From Bacillota bacterium (GTDB taxonomy: Bacteria > Bacillota > Dethiobacteria > DTU022): 48,651 nucleotides of DNA. Shown here one piece after another: positions 37,462 through 46,291 of the stretch. The stretch lies in the NCBI GenBank assembly GCA_051748445.1, contig JBNJHL010000002.1:1-48651 (forward strand). The letters run 5' to 3'. The stretch's first letter is position 1, and every line of letters starts with the position of its first letter. The notes beneath the pieces are model-generated. The model was not told the DNA's origin. It was given only the letters and a program-made list of their open reading frames with translations, and ran no database searches. The position numbers were made by a program, and so were the translations under genes.

Positions 37462-37774
37462 CTATTGCTACCGATTTAACAGTATAGTTAATTTACCTTT
37501 AAATGAAATTGTTTCTATAACAGCATTGACAGATCATTGTCCAATATTTATTTTATGGGTTAATAGTTGATTATGTTAAATATTTATGAATTTAAAAATC
37601 CAGGCAGGAAAATTTAAAGGAAATGTCGAAATCCTCAAATATACGCGAGTAATGTTGCAATTATCTGTTAATTGAATCAAGGTTGTGGAGGTGTTAGCAT
37701 AAAAAAACCATTATTTGAAGAGGAATCCGGTTAAATACTAATTTGCCGGGAGTATTTTAGTATCTAATTACTTA

Positions 37775-38929
37775 ATGATGCGGGGTATGCCAATGAGTAC
37801 GGAAATGCAAACATTTACTGAAAAATATGATTTGCTCGGATGTATCCAATGTGGTCGTTGCACCGGTGGCTGCCCGGTAACAGTCCGGGCTAACTTGAAT
37901 GTCCGCCAGTTTGTTAACGATGCCTATAACGAAGAAAAGCTTGAGGAGTTGGCCAGGCTGGCTGAAATATGGGACTGCACTGCCTGCCATACCTGTGCTG
38001 TCCGCTGCCCCAAGGGCTTGAAACCCCTGGAGGTATTGATTGGCTTGAGGGCAATGATTGTTGAGAGCGGAAAAGTAGAGCCGACAGTGCGGGACGCATT
38101 ACAGAGTGTGCTTCTAGAAGGAAACCCCTGGGATAAACCAAGGGCGACCCGATTGGATTGGATGGAAGGTCTGGATGTAAAGATTGCCGACCCGGATGAA
38201 CCGGTTGAAAACCTTTTTTTTGTCTGTTGTACTATTGCTTATGACCCCCGGGTTCGTGTAGTAGCACAGAATATGGTCAAGCTTCTTAATAAAGCCGGGG
38301 TTGACTACGCTTTTTTACCTGAAGATGAATCGTGTTGCGGCAGCGAAGTCTTTACCCTGGGTGAAGAAGGTCTTTTCGAAATGCAGGTGGAGGATAACAC
38401 AGAATATTTGAATGAATTTAAGGCTAAACGGATAGTTGCCCTTTCTCCTCACTGTTATACCACTTATAAAACCCGATACCCTGATCTTAAAGCACCGGTA
38501 GTTCACTATACTGAGCTTTTGGTTGAATTATTGAATGATGGCAAGCTAACCTGGAAAGAAGAGCTGCCAAAAAAAATTGTTTACCATGATCCCTGCTACC
38601 TGGGGAAGCAGGGTGATATTTATGATCAGCCAAGAGAGCTGCTTAAAAATATTCCCGGCGCTGAACTGGTAGAATTTAATAGATGCCGCGAACGCAGTCT
38701 CTGTTGCGAGGGCGGTGGCGGGAAAATGTGGGTTGAGTCTGAATCAAAGGAAGAAAGGCTGGCAGACAGGCGGATTAAAGATGCCAAGGAATTAGGAGCC
38801 GATATAGTGGCCGTAGCCTGCCCGTTTTGTGTATTAACCCTGGAGGATTCCGTGAAAGGCCTGGGCTACGAAGAAGAAATGCGAGTAGCTGAAATCATGG
38901 AACTTTTAGGTGAACTGATGGAAACATAA
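37775..38929 (+). CDS. HdrD-like (Fe-S)-binding oxidoreductase (fused HdrC-type 2x[4Fe-4S] + HdrB-type 2xCCG domains), soluble
   Basis: CIQCGRCTGGCP and CTACHTCAVRCP ferredoxin motifs, then two cysteine-rich CCG modules (ESCCGSE...PHC...; DPCYLG...SLCCEGGGG...ACPFC). No hydrophobic TM segment. The start could be 37775 or 37793. Confidence 0.82.
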   Translation: MMRGMPMSTEMQTFTEKYDLLGCIQCGRCTGGCPVTVRANLNVRQFVNDAYNEEKLEELARLAEIWDCTACHTCAVRCPKGLKPLEVLIGLRAMIVESGKVEPTVRDALQSVLLEGNPWDKPRATRLDWMEGLDVKIADPDEPVENLFFVCCTIAYDPRVRVVAQNMVKLLNKAGVDYAFLPEDESCCGSEVFTLGEEGLFEMQVEDNTEYLNEFKAKRIVALSPHCYTTYKTRYPDLKAPVVHYTELLVELLNDGKLTWKEELPKKIVYHDPCYLGKQGDIYDQPRELLKNIPGAELVEFNRCRERSLCCEGGGGKMWVESESKEERLADRRIKDAKELGADIVAVACPFCVLTLEDSVKGLGYEEEMRVAEIMELLGELMET

Positions 38930-38961
38930 TCATTTTAACCTGGTAGGAGGTGGCATGAAAG

Positions 38962-39750
38962 TTGAAAACGTTAGTATGTATTAAGTATGTGCCTGACACT
39001 TCCGAAGCGGAAGTAAATGTCAACCCTGACGGTATAAGTGTTGATGATAAACGGTTTTCCTTTGACATCAACGATGCCGACAATTATGCAGTTGAAGAAT
39101 CGGTGCTTATTAAAGAGGCCCATGGTGGTGAGGTAACTGTTTTATCAATGGGTCCAAAAAAATCTGAAGTAATGATTCGTATGGCCCTGGCCAAGGGTTG
39201 TGATAAAGCTGTTCGGATTGAAGATGAACGGGTTGCAGGACACGATCCCCTGATGGTAGCAAAAACCCTGGCAGGTGCTATCAAGGGCCAGGAATTTGAT
39301 CTGGTTTTTACCGGCTGTATGGCTAATGATGACTGGCATATGTCAACCGGAGTAGCCCTGGCAGAAGAGCTCGGTATAAATCATGCTTCGATGGTCAAAC
39401 ATATTGAAGTTATGGATGGAAAAGTTAAAGTCCAGCGCGAGCTTGAAGGCGGCTTACTGGAGGCAGTTGAACTGGAGTTGCCCGCGGTGCTTACGATCCA
39501 AACCGGTATTAATGAGCCTCGCTATGCCCCGATTCGCGGTATTCGCCAGGCCCAGAAAAAAGAATTAAATGTAGTCAGTCTTGATGATCTCGGAATTGAT
39601 CCGGCAACAGTGAGTATGGATGCTTCCCAGGTTGTGCTGGAGAAACTTTATATTCCCGATGTGCAATCCACTGCAGAATTTATTGAGGGCGAACCGGAAG
39701 AAAAGGCTGAAAAACTGGCATCCATTTTGCAAAAGGGAGGCTTAGTATAA
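38962..39750 (+). CDS. etfB: electron transfer flavoprotein beta subunit
   Basis: MKTLVCIKYVPDT..., DADNYAVEESV, and ETF-beta length (262 aa). TTG start 11 nt after AGGAGG. Confidence 0.9.
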   Translation: MKTLVCIKYVPDTSEAEVNVNPDGISVDDKRFSFDINDADNYAVEESVLIKEAHGGEVTVLSMGPKKSEVMIRMALAKGCDKAVRIEDERVAGHDPLMVAKTLAGAIKGQEFDLVFTGCMANDDWHMSTGVALAEELGINHASMVKHIEVMDGKVKVQRELEGGLLEAVELELPAVLTIQTGINEPRYAPIRGIRQAQKKELNVVSLDDLGIDPATVSMDASQVVLEKLYIPDVQSTAEFIEGEPEEKAEKLASILQKGGLV

Positions 39751-40713
39751 ATGGGTAATGTATTAGTTTTGGCGGAACACCGCCAGGGAGAATTAAGAGA
39801 CGTATCTTTTGAAATGTTAGCAGTTGCCCCTGCTCTTGCCAGGGATATGGGTGGCGAGGCTATAGTGCTATTGATCGGCAGCGATATGGATGATCTGGCG
39901 AATCAGATGGCTGCTTACGAGGTTAACGTTAAGGTTGTTGACGATCCTAATTTTGAAAACTTTAATGCAGAAAAGTACCAAAAAGTACTTTCAGTTTTAA
40001 TAGATGAACTTAAGCCTGCTGTATTGATGACCGGACATACTGCCCAGGGTGTCGATTTTATGCCTGCCCTGGCTGTTGAAAAGAACCTGCCCCTGGTGGC
40101 AGATGCGATTGAACTGGCTTATGAAGATGGAACTGTTAAAGCCACCCGTTCGATGTATTCAGGTAAAGTTAACGCGGTTGTGGCATTTAAGCCAGCCGAC
40201 ACTTACCTGGTTACTTTCCGGGAAGGGGCTGTTGAAGCTCCGGAAGCAGCTGCAGAAGGCAGTGTGGAAAAAATCGACAATCCTTTTACCGATGATATTC
40301 CTTATCGTAAATTCGTGGAATACGTTGAAGCAGAAGTCGGTGATGTAGATATTACCCAGTCCGATGTCCTGGTTGCTATAGGCCGCGGATTGAAAGAAGA
40401 TAAGAACCTGCCCGTAATTGAAGAACTGGCAGCAGCCATAAAAGCAGATCTGGCCGGTTCAAGGGCGGCTACAGATGCAGGTTGGATACCTCATGACCGC
40501 CAGGTTGGAACATCGGGCAAAACGGTAAAACCGAAACTCTATATAGCCATGGGTATTTCCGGAGCATTCCAGCACCTGGCTGGAATGAAAGGGGCCAAAA
40601 CAATTGTAGCTATTAATAAAGACCCCGAGGCTCCGATATTTTCCGTGGCTGATTATGCAATCGTCGATGATCTGTTCAAAGTTGTGCCCAAGTTAACTGA
40701 AAAGCTTAAGTAG
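39751..40713 (+). CDS. etfA: electron transfer flavoprotein alpha subunit
   Basis: [18 protein letters not shown] at the N-terminus. The C-terminal FAD-binding region is [36 protein letters not shown]. There is no N-terminal ferredoxin domain. Confidence 0.92.
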   Translation: MGNVLVLAEHRQGELRDVSFEMLAVAPALARDMGGEAIVLLIGSDMDDLANQMAAYEVNVKVVDDPNFENFNAEKYQKVLSVLIDELKPAVLMTGHTAQGVDFMPALAVEKNLPLVADAIELAYEDGTVKATRSMYSGKVNAVVAFKPADTYLVTFREGAVEAPEAAAEGSVEKIDNPFTDDIPYRKFVEYVEAEVGDVDITQSDVLVAIGRGLKEDKNLPVIEELAAAIKADLAGSRAATDAGWIPHDRQVGTSGKTVKPKLYIAMGISGAFQHLAGMKGAKTIVAINKDPEAPIFSVADYAIVDDLFKVVPKLTEKLK

Positions 40714-40770
40714 CATTAATATAAGCTATCTAATTTTAGGGCCAATTTATGCGGGAGGATGAAAAGCCAG

Positions 40771-42771
40771 ATGACGGAAAAACCAAAAGTGGGTGTCTAT
40801 GTCTGTCACTGTGGAATTAACATTTCTTCGACAGTAGATGTGGATACAGTTGCGAAATTTGCGGAAAGACTGCCTAACGTAAAAGTGGCGCGCACCTACT
40901 CCTATATGTGCTCCGATCCCGGCCAGGCCCTGATCAAGAAAGATATAGAGGATCAGGGATTAAATCGGATTGTTGTTGCATCCTGTTCGCCACGCATGCA
41001 TGAGCCTACCTTCAGAAAGGCGATTGCCGATGCCGGGGTCAATCCCTATTATCTTGAGATGGCCAATATCCGGGAGCAGTGTTCCTGGGTTCATGAGGAA
41101 ATTGAAGAAGGTACAGCCAAGGCAAAAAAACTGATTAGCGCATCAGTGGCAAAAGTCAGGCTACTCGAAGCACTTGAACAAAAAGAAGTTGATGCCGAAC
41201 CGGCAGCCCTGGTCATCGGGGCCGGGATAGCCGGTATTCAATCAGCTCTTGATATTGCTGATGCTGGCTTTCAGGTTTACCTGGTCGAGAAAACACCATC
41301 AGTTGGGGGACGGATGGCCCAGCTTGATAAAACCTTTCCCACCCTGGATTGTTCGGCCTGTATCTTAACCCCGAAAATGGTTGATGCTGCCAATCACCCC
41401 AATATTGAACTGATGACCTATTCTGAGGTAGAAGAGGTTAACGGGTTTATCGGTAATTTCGAGGTAAAGGTGCGCAAGAAAGCCCGTTACGTCGATTTCG
41501 ATAAATGCACCGGCTGTGGTGACTGTGCCAAGGAATGCCGGATAAAAGATCGGGTGCCCAACGAATTTGACGAGGGCCTGGGCAAAAGGTCTGCTATATA
41601 CCTGCCTTTCCCCCAGGCAGTTCCGGCCAAGTATACGATTGATCCCGAAAACTGTCTATACCTTAGTAAAGGAAAGTGCGGGAAGAGTCCTAAATGCCAG
41701 GAAGTGTGCGGCACCGGGGCGATTGATTTTGAGCAGGAAGACGAGTTTATCGAATTCAAGGTTGGCGCAATTATAGTAGCGACCGGTTTCGATCCCTTTA
41801 ACCCGTCTCGTAAGCCGGAATATGGTTATGATGATTACCCCAACGTGATAACCGGTATGGAAATGGAACGTCTTGTTTCCGCTTCCGGTCCAACGGAGGG
41901 TAAAGTTAAAGTATTTAATGGTGAAGAAGAGATTGAGCCAAAAGAAGTGGCTTTAATTAAGTGTGTCGGTTCGCGAGATCAAAGTGTGGGCAATGAATAT
42001 TGCTCCAGGGTGTGTTGCATGTATGTAGCCAAGCAGGCCCATCTGATCAGGGATAAACTGCCTGATGCCAATATCCGGATTTACTATATGGATGTGCGCG
42101 CCTTCGGTAAGGGTTTTGAGGAGTTTTATGACCGGGTTCGCCGTGAAAATGTCCGCTATATCAGAGGCAATCCTTCCGAGATATTCAAGAGGGGTAACAA
42201 GTTGGTAGTAAAGGTTGAAGATACTCTGACCTCTACACCGCTTGAAGATGAAGTGGATATGGTCGTGCTGGGAGTAGGACTCGAACCACGGGCAGATATG
42301 CGTAAAGTGATGAATTTGCTGCGCCTCTCGCAGTCACCGGATAAGTTTTTCCTGGAAGCGCATCCCAAACTAAGGCCTGTGGATACTGCAACAGATGGTG
42401 TTTTCCTGGCTGGCTGTGCCCAGGGTCCGAAGGATATACCCGATACGGTAGCCCAGGCCAAGGGAGCAGCAGCTTCAGCAATGATTCCGCTGGCCAGGGG
42501 CAAGGTTCCAATTAATGCCCAGGTGGCTATCGTTAATGAGGCAACCTGCCGGGGCTGCGCTTTCTGTGTCAATATTTGCCCCTATTCAGCGATAGAAATG
42601 GTTACCGTCAACCGTTTTGGCAACGAGGTCGAGGTAGCCCGGGTCAATGAGGCTCTCTGTAAAGGCTGTGGATCATGTGCAGCTGCCTGTTTGTCTGATT
42701 CAATTCAGCCTAAATCGTTCCGCGACAGCCAGATACTACCGCAAATCGCGGCATTGGGAGGCATGAAATGA
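40771..42771 (+). CDS. hdrA: heterodisulfide reductase subunit A-like flavo-Fe-S protein
   Basis: VGVYVCHCGINIS...VVASCSPRMHE (N-terminal HdrA module), FAD-binding ALVIGAGIAGIQSALDIADAG, CTGCGDCAKEC, and the C-terminal motifs CRGCAFCVNICP and CKGCGSCAAAC. ATG 40759 abuts GGGAGG, so ATG 40771 is the likelier start. Confidence 0.9.
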   Translation: MTEKPKVGVYVCHCGINISSTVDVDTVAKFAERLPNVKVARTYSYMCSDPGQALIKKDIEDQGLNRIVVASCSPRMHEPTFRKAIADAGVNPYYLEMANIREQCSWVHEEIEEGTAKAKKLISASVAKVRLLEALEQKEVDAEPAALVIGAGIAGIQSALDIADAGFQVYLVEKTPSVGGRMAQLDKTFPTLDCSACILTPKMVDAANHPNIELMTYSEVEEVNGFIGNFEVKVRKKARYVDFDKCTGCGDCAKECRIKDRVPNEFDEGLGKRSAIYLPFPQAVPAKYTIDPENCLYLSKGKCGKSPKCQEVCGTGAIDFEQEDEFIEFKVGAIIVATGFDPFNPSRKPEYGYDDYPNVITGMEMERLVSASGPTEGKVKVFNGEEEIEPKEVALIKCVGSRDQSVGNEYCSRVCCMYVAKQAHLIRDKLPDANIRIYYMDVRAFGKGFEEFYDRVRRENVRYIRGNPSEIFKRGNKLVVKVEDTLTSTPLEDEVDMVVLGVGLEPRADMRKVMNLLRLSQSPDKFFLEAHPKLRPVDTATDGVFLAGCAQGPKDIPDTVAQAKGAAASAMIPLARGKVPINAQVAIVNEATCRGCAFCVNICPYSAIEMVTVNRFGNEVEVARVNEALCKGCGSCAAACLSDSIQPKSFRDSQILPQIAALGGMK

Positions 42772-43199
42772 GTGCAAATTATGAACCAAACATTGTAGCG
42801 TTTCTTTGTAACTGGTGTTCCTATGCCGGTGCCGACCTGGCCGGGACCAGCCGGGTCAGCTATCCAGCCAATATTCAGATTATCAGGGTAATGTGCTCCG
42901 GCAGAGTTAATCCGCTTTATGTAATGAATGCCCTCCAGCAGGGTGCAGACGGGGTGCTTGTGTCGGGCTGTCATCCCGGGGACTGCCATTATATGGAAGG
43001 GAACTATTATGCCAGGCGGCGTCTTGGTATGCTAAAAGACCTGATGGAATTTGTCGGGGTCGATCCAAAGCGTTTTCATATGAGCTGGGTATCTGCTTCA
43101 GAGGGACACAAGTGGAAAGAAGTAGTGGAAAAAACCGTTGAAGATGCCAAAGAAGCCGGACCTTTTGAAGGATTCAGGCGCCGGCAGATTGACTGGTAG
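42768..43199 (+). CDS. mvhD: MvhD/FlxD-like hydrogenase iron-sulfur (delta) subunit
   Basis: 143 aa with IVAFLCNWCSYAGADLAG...MCSGRV...VSGCHPGDCHY. The start overlaps the hdrA stop (ATGA). Confidence 0.9.
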   Translation: MSANYEPNIVAFLCNWCSYAGADLAGTSRVSYPANIQIIRVMCSGRVNPLYVMNALQQGADGVLVSGCHPGDCHYMEGNYYARRRLGMLKDLMEFVGVDPKRFHMSWVSASEGHKWKEVVEKTVEDAKEAGPFEGFRRRQIDW

Positions 43200-43213
43200 G
43201 AGGGTTTAGGATA

Positions 43214-44194
43214 ATGGATCTGGAACTATTACGCAAAACCGCGGCGGAAGTTGTTGCCCGTGATGATGTTAAGTACCTTCTAGGTTGGAAACAGGGTACT
43301 TACGGGTACCGGGTAGCACCTGCCTTTGTTGAAGACGCTGCCGGTGCTGCAGAGCTGATCTTTTCGCCTCTCTGCACCGCCAATCTTGCTACGTATTTAA
43401 CCCTTGTAGAGCAGCTGCCGGTGCCACGTGGGGAGGAACCGGATAAACGAAAAGTTGCCCTTATGGTAAAAGGTTGTGACAGCAGAGCTGTTACTCAACT
43501 CCTGGTAGAAAAGGGCATTGAACGCGATGAAGTGGTTGTGATCGGCTGCCCTTGTCCGGGAGTAGTTGATTCTGCCCTGCTTGTTGAAAAATACCCGGAG
43601 ACTGAAGAACCGGCTGAAATGAAATGGGACGGAGCAGATTTCTTGCTGATCAGGAATGGAGAAGAAACTATAATTTCCAGGGATGAGCTGCTGGCAGAAA
43701 AATGCCGTCTTTGCCGATATCCTAATCCGGTTATCAGTGATGAAATGCTGGGTGAACTGGTTGAGAATTGGGAACTGGTTGAAGATAAAGGTGTTGAAGA
43801 AGTAGAGGCTAAAGATTTAGATAGCCGCTGGGAGTTTTGGATGGAGCAATTTGATAAGTGTGTGCGCTGTTACAGCTGTCGCAATGTTTGTCCGCTTTGT
43901 TACTGCCAGGACTGTATTCTTGATCGCCTTAACCCGACCTGGGTAAACCGCTCGGTCAACTTTTCCGAGAATACTGCTTTTAATATAGCCCGGGCGTTTC
44001 ACCTGGCCGGTCGCTGCATAGAATGCGGCGAGTGTGAGCGGGTTTGCCCGGCTAATATTCCCCTGGGCAAAATAAATCGGAAATTAGCCCGGGATGTAAG
44101 GGACAAATACGGTTTTGAACCGGGAATCGATCCCGAAGCAGAACCGTTCCAGGCCAGCTATAAGCCTGATGATCCCGAAGACTTCATACTTTAG
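43214..44194 (+). CDS. 4Fe-4S dicluster protein, FlxC-like (FrhB/F420-hydrogenase-beta-like N-terminal part)
   Basis: CVRCYSCRNVCPLCYC and CIECGECERVCPANI. Sits between mvhD-like and AsrA/HydB-like genes, as in flx clusters. Confidence 0.7.
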   Translation: MDLELLRKTAAEVVARDDVKYLLGWKQGTYGYRVAPAFVEDAAGAAELIFSPLCTANLATYLTLVEQLPVPRGEEPDKRKVALMVKGCDSRAVTQLLVEKGIERDEVVVIGCPCPGVVDSALLVEKYPETEEPAEMKWDGADFLLIRNGEETIISRDELLAEKCRLCRYPNPVISDEMLGELVENWELVEDKGVEEVEAKDLDSRWEFWMEQFDKCVRCYSCRNVCPLCYCQDCILDRLNPTWVNRSVNFSENTAFNIARAFHLAGRCIECGECERVCPANIPLGKINRKLARDVRDKYGFEPGIDPEAEPFQASYKPDDPEDFIL

Positions 44195-44205
44195 AGGTGG
44201 GTGAT

Positions 44206-45219
44206 ATGTCAGCGATGCTGTTGAGTAAAGAAAAATGGCCTGAATTTGTCGGAAAGTTGACCGGTAAAAATGTTTGGGCCCCGCAGGCAAATGGCGCTGA
44301 AATGCGTTTTGCCCCTGTGGGCGAAAATGAAGAAATTGTCCTAGACTATAACAACACCAGGGTTCCGCCCAAGGGAGCGCTATTTCCTCAGACGGAAACC
44401 ATGTTTAAATTCGAACTCGGTTCAGAACAGGTTGAAGAACCGCCGCTGGATCAGGATGTTGTTGTATTAGGTTTGCGTCCCTGTGATGCCAGGGCTATGT
44501 CTATTGTAGATAAGCTGTTTAAGTGGGATATTGATGATCCCTACTTTGTAAAGCGCCAGGAGAAAACCACCCTGGTTGGACTGGCCTGTAATGAACCCGG
44601 CCTTAACTGTTTTTGCACCTCAGTTGGTGGTGGCCCCGCTTCAACCGAAGGCCTTGACCTCTTAATGGTTGACCTGGGCGGAAACTACCTGATGGAATCA
44701 TTAACAGATAAGGGTAATGCTCTTCTGGATGAAACAAAGAATCTCCTTGAGAATGCTGATGATAGTGCAATAAAGCAGAAAGAAAAACTGGCCGGTGAAG
44801 CAGAAGATAAAATTAAACGTTCTGTTGATACCGAGGGTGTTCCGGAAGGTCTGCCCGGTTTATGGGATAATCCACTCTGGCAGGATATTTCTGCTTCCTG
44901 CCTGGGCTGTGGCACCTGCACTTATCTCTGTCCAACCTGCCATTGTTTTGATATTCAGGATGAAAACGAAGGGCTTGATTCAAGGCGCTGCCGGATGTGG
45001 GATTCCTGTATGTTCACTGAATATACCCAGCATACCGGGGGGCATAACCCCCGACCCACCAGAAAAGAGCGGACCAGGAACCGCATTAATCACAAGTACA
45101 GCTACTATGTCGATAAGTTTGACGTAATTGCCTGCGTCGGGTGCGGCCGGTGTATCAACCTCTGCCCTGTCAATATTGATATTATCGAAATCTTGCGGCA
45201 GGTAAAGGAGGCTCTTTAA
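44206..45219 (+). CDS. 4Fe-4S dicluster protein, AsrA/HydB/FlxB-like
   Basis: CLGCGTCTYLCPTCHCFD and CVGCGRCINLCPVNI, with a conserved N-terminal region as in anaerobic sulfite reductase subunit A / sulfhydrogenase beta. I prefer ATG 44206 (after AGAGGUGG) over GTG 44197. Confidence 0.75.
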   Translation: MSAMLLSKEKWPEFVGKLTGKNVWAPQANGAEMRFAPVGENEEIVLDYNNTRVPPKGALFPQTETMFKFELGSEQVEEPPLDQDVVVLGLRPCDARAMSIVDKLFKWDIDDPYFVKRQEKTTLVGLACNEPGLNCFCTSVGGGPASTEGLDLLMVDLGGNYLMESLTDKGNALLDETKNLLENADDSAIKQKEKLAGEAEDKIKRSVDTEGVPEGLPGLWDNPLWQDISASCLGCGTCTYLCPTCHCFDIQDENEGLDSRRCRMWDSCMFTEYTQHTGGHNPRPTRKERTRNRINHKYSYYVDKFDVIACVGCGRCINLCPVNIDIIEILRQVKEAL

Positions 45220-45220
45220 A

Positions 45221-46063
45221 TTGGTTAAGAATCCTTATATACCATATACAGCAACCGTCGAAGATACCTGGTATGAAACAGGTGGCGACCGCTGTATAAA
45301 AACTTTTAAGGTTGTTTTCGATGATGAAAATGTACGTGACCAGTGGAGCCATCTTCCGGGTCAGTGTGCCATGATTGGGTTGCTTGGAGTCGGGGAAAGT
45401 ATGATCTCAATTTCCTGTTCACCGACAGAAGGGCAGTTTCTGCGCTTCTCGGTTATGAAAATGGGTAAAGTAACCCAGGCTTTACATGAGCTTGAACCGG
45501 GAGACAAAATAATGGTTCGCGGACCATATGGCAATAATTTTCCTGTTGATGAATGGCAGGGCAAAAAAATCTTGACCATTGGCGGTGGGATTGGCCAGGC
45601 TCCCCTTCGCCCGATCATAGAATATGTCAGGGCTAACCTGGATAAATATGATGGCTTGACGATGATTTATGGCGCCCGCACTTCTAACGACCTCTGTTTT
45701 AAAGGCGAGTTTGAAGAAATGAGTAAATGTGATGATTTGTTCTGTCACCTGACTATTGACATAGAGGAAGAAGACTGGCAGTATAATGTTGGTTTTGTGC
45801 CGCAGATGCTCTTGGATCTTGATCCTTCACCGGAAAATACTGTTGCCATTACCTGCGGTCCTCCGATCATGATCCGCTTTGTTCTTGAAAACCTGAAGAA
45901 GCTGGGTTTTGAAGATGAACAGATTTATACCACCATGGAAAACAGGATGAAATGCGGTATCGGCAAATGCGGTCGTTGTAACATTGAAAACATGTATGTC
46001 TGTAAAGATGGTCCTGTTTTCAACTATTCTATCTTAAAAGAGATACCGGAAGCTTTTGCCTAA
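45221..46063 (+). CDS. FAD/NAD(P)-binding oxidoreductase with C-terminal [2Fe-2S], AsrB/HydG/FlxA-like
   Basis: Ferredoxin-reductase-type fold (RFSV...GKVT; GPYGN; ILTIGGGIGQAPLRP) and C-terminal CGIGKCGRCN. TTG start 8 nt after AAGGAGG. Confidence 0.8.
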   Translation: MVKNPYIPYTATVEDTWYETGGDRCIKTFKVVFDDENVRDQWSHLPGQCAMIGLLGVGESMISISCSPTEGQFLRFSVMKMGKVTQALHELEPGDKIMVRGPYGNNFPVDEWQGKKILTIGGGIGQAPLRPIIEYVRANLDKYDGLTMIYGARTSNDLCFKGEFEEMSKCDDLFCHLTIDIEEEDWQYNVGFVPQMLLDLDPSPENTVAITCGPPIMIRFVLENLKKLGFEDEQIYTTMENRMKCGIGKCGRCNIENMYVCKDGPVFNYSILKEIPEAFA

Positions 46064-46140
46064 GATCAAGTTATTTCACGAAATATTTTTAATTAAAGAT
46101 AAGGGGGCAGGGGGACATTTTCTTGTCCCACCCAAAAACA

Positions 46141-46170
46141 AGGGGGGCGCAGCCGAAGGGCAGCGCCCCC
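46141..46170 (+). other. very stable GC hairpin (GGGGGGCGC-A-GCC-GAA-GGC-A-GCGCCCCCC)
   Basis: Read directly. Followed only by UUU. Lies between a weaker hairpin (GGGACA/UGUCCC, 46111-46128) and the terminator at 46174. Confidence 0.6.
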
Positions 46171-46173
46171 CTT

Positions 46174-46219
46174 TAAATAAGTTGAAAAGATGTCAGACAC
46201 AAATTCAACTTATTTTTTT
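46174..46219 (+). terminator. intrinsic terminator of the hdr/etf/flx operon
   Basis: 12-bp stem AAAUAAGUUGAA (46174-85) / UUCAACUUAUUU (46203-14) followed by UUUUU. Confidence 0.7.
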
Positions 46220-46291
46220 GCTTAGGCTGTCCACTTGTTACTGTCCTGCTGATGTGCTAAGATATTTTTAACTTCTCGGGAGGAGATAACA

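Noticed and set aside
31031-37774. Search for selC (tRNA-Sec) or any tRNA in the spacers flanking the sel operon (31031-31349, 32106-32265, 32833-33000, 37462-37774).
   Set aside because: No GGAAG... acceptor start, no GTTCGA(A/C)TCC T-arm and no cloverleaf-capable segment were seen. These spacers are AT-rich promoter-like DNA.
46056-46271. 71-aa ORF (MPKIKLFHEIFLIKDKGAGGHF...) downstream of the flxA-like gene.
   Set aside because: It consists of three terminator-type hairpins read as codons, has no SD, starts inside the previous gene's last codons, and has an odd low-complexity composition.
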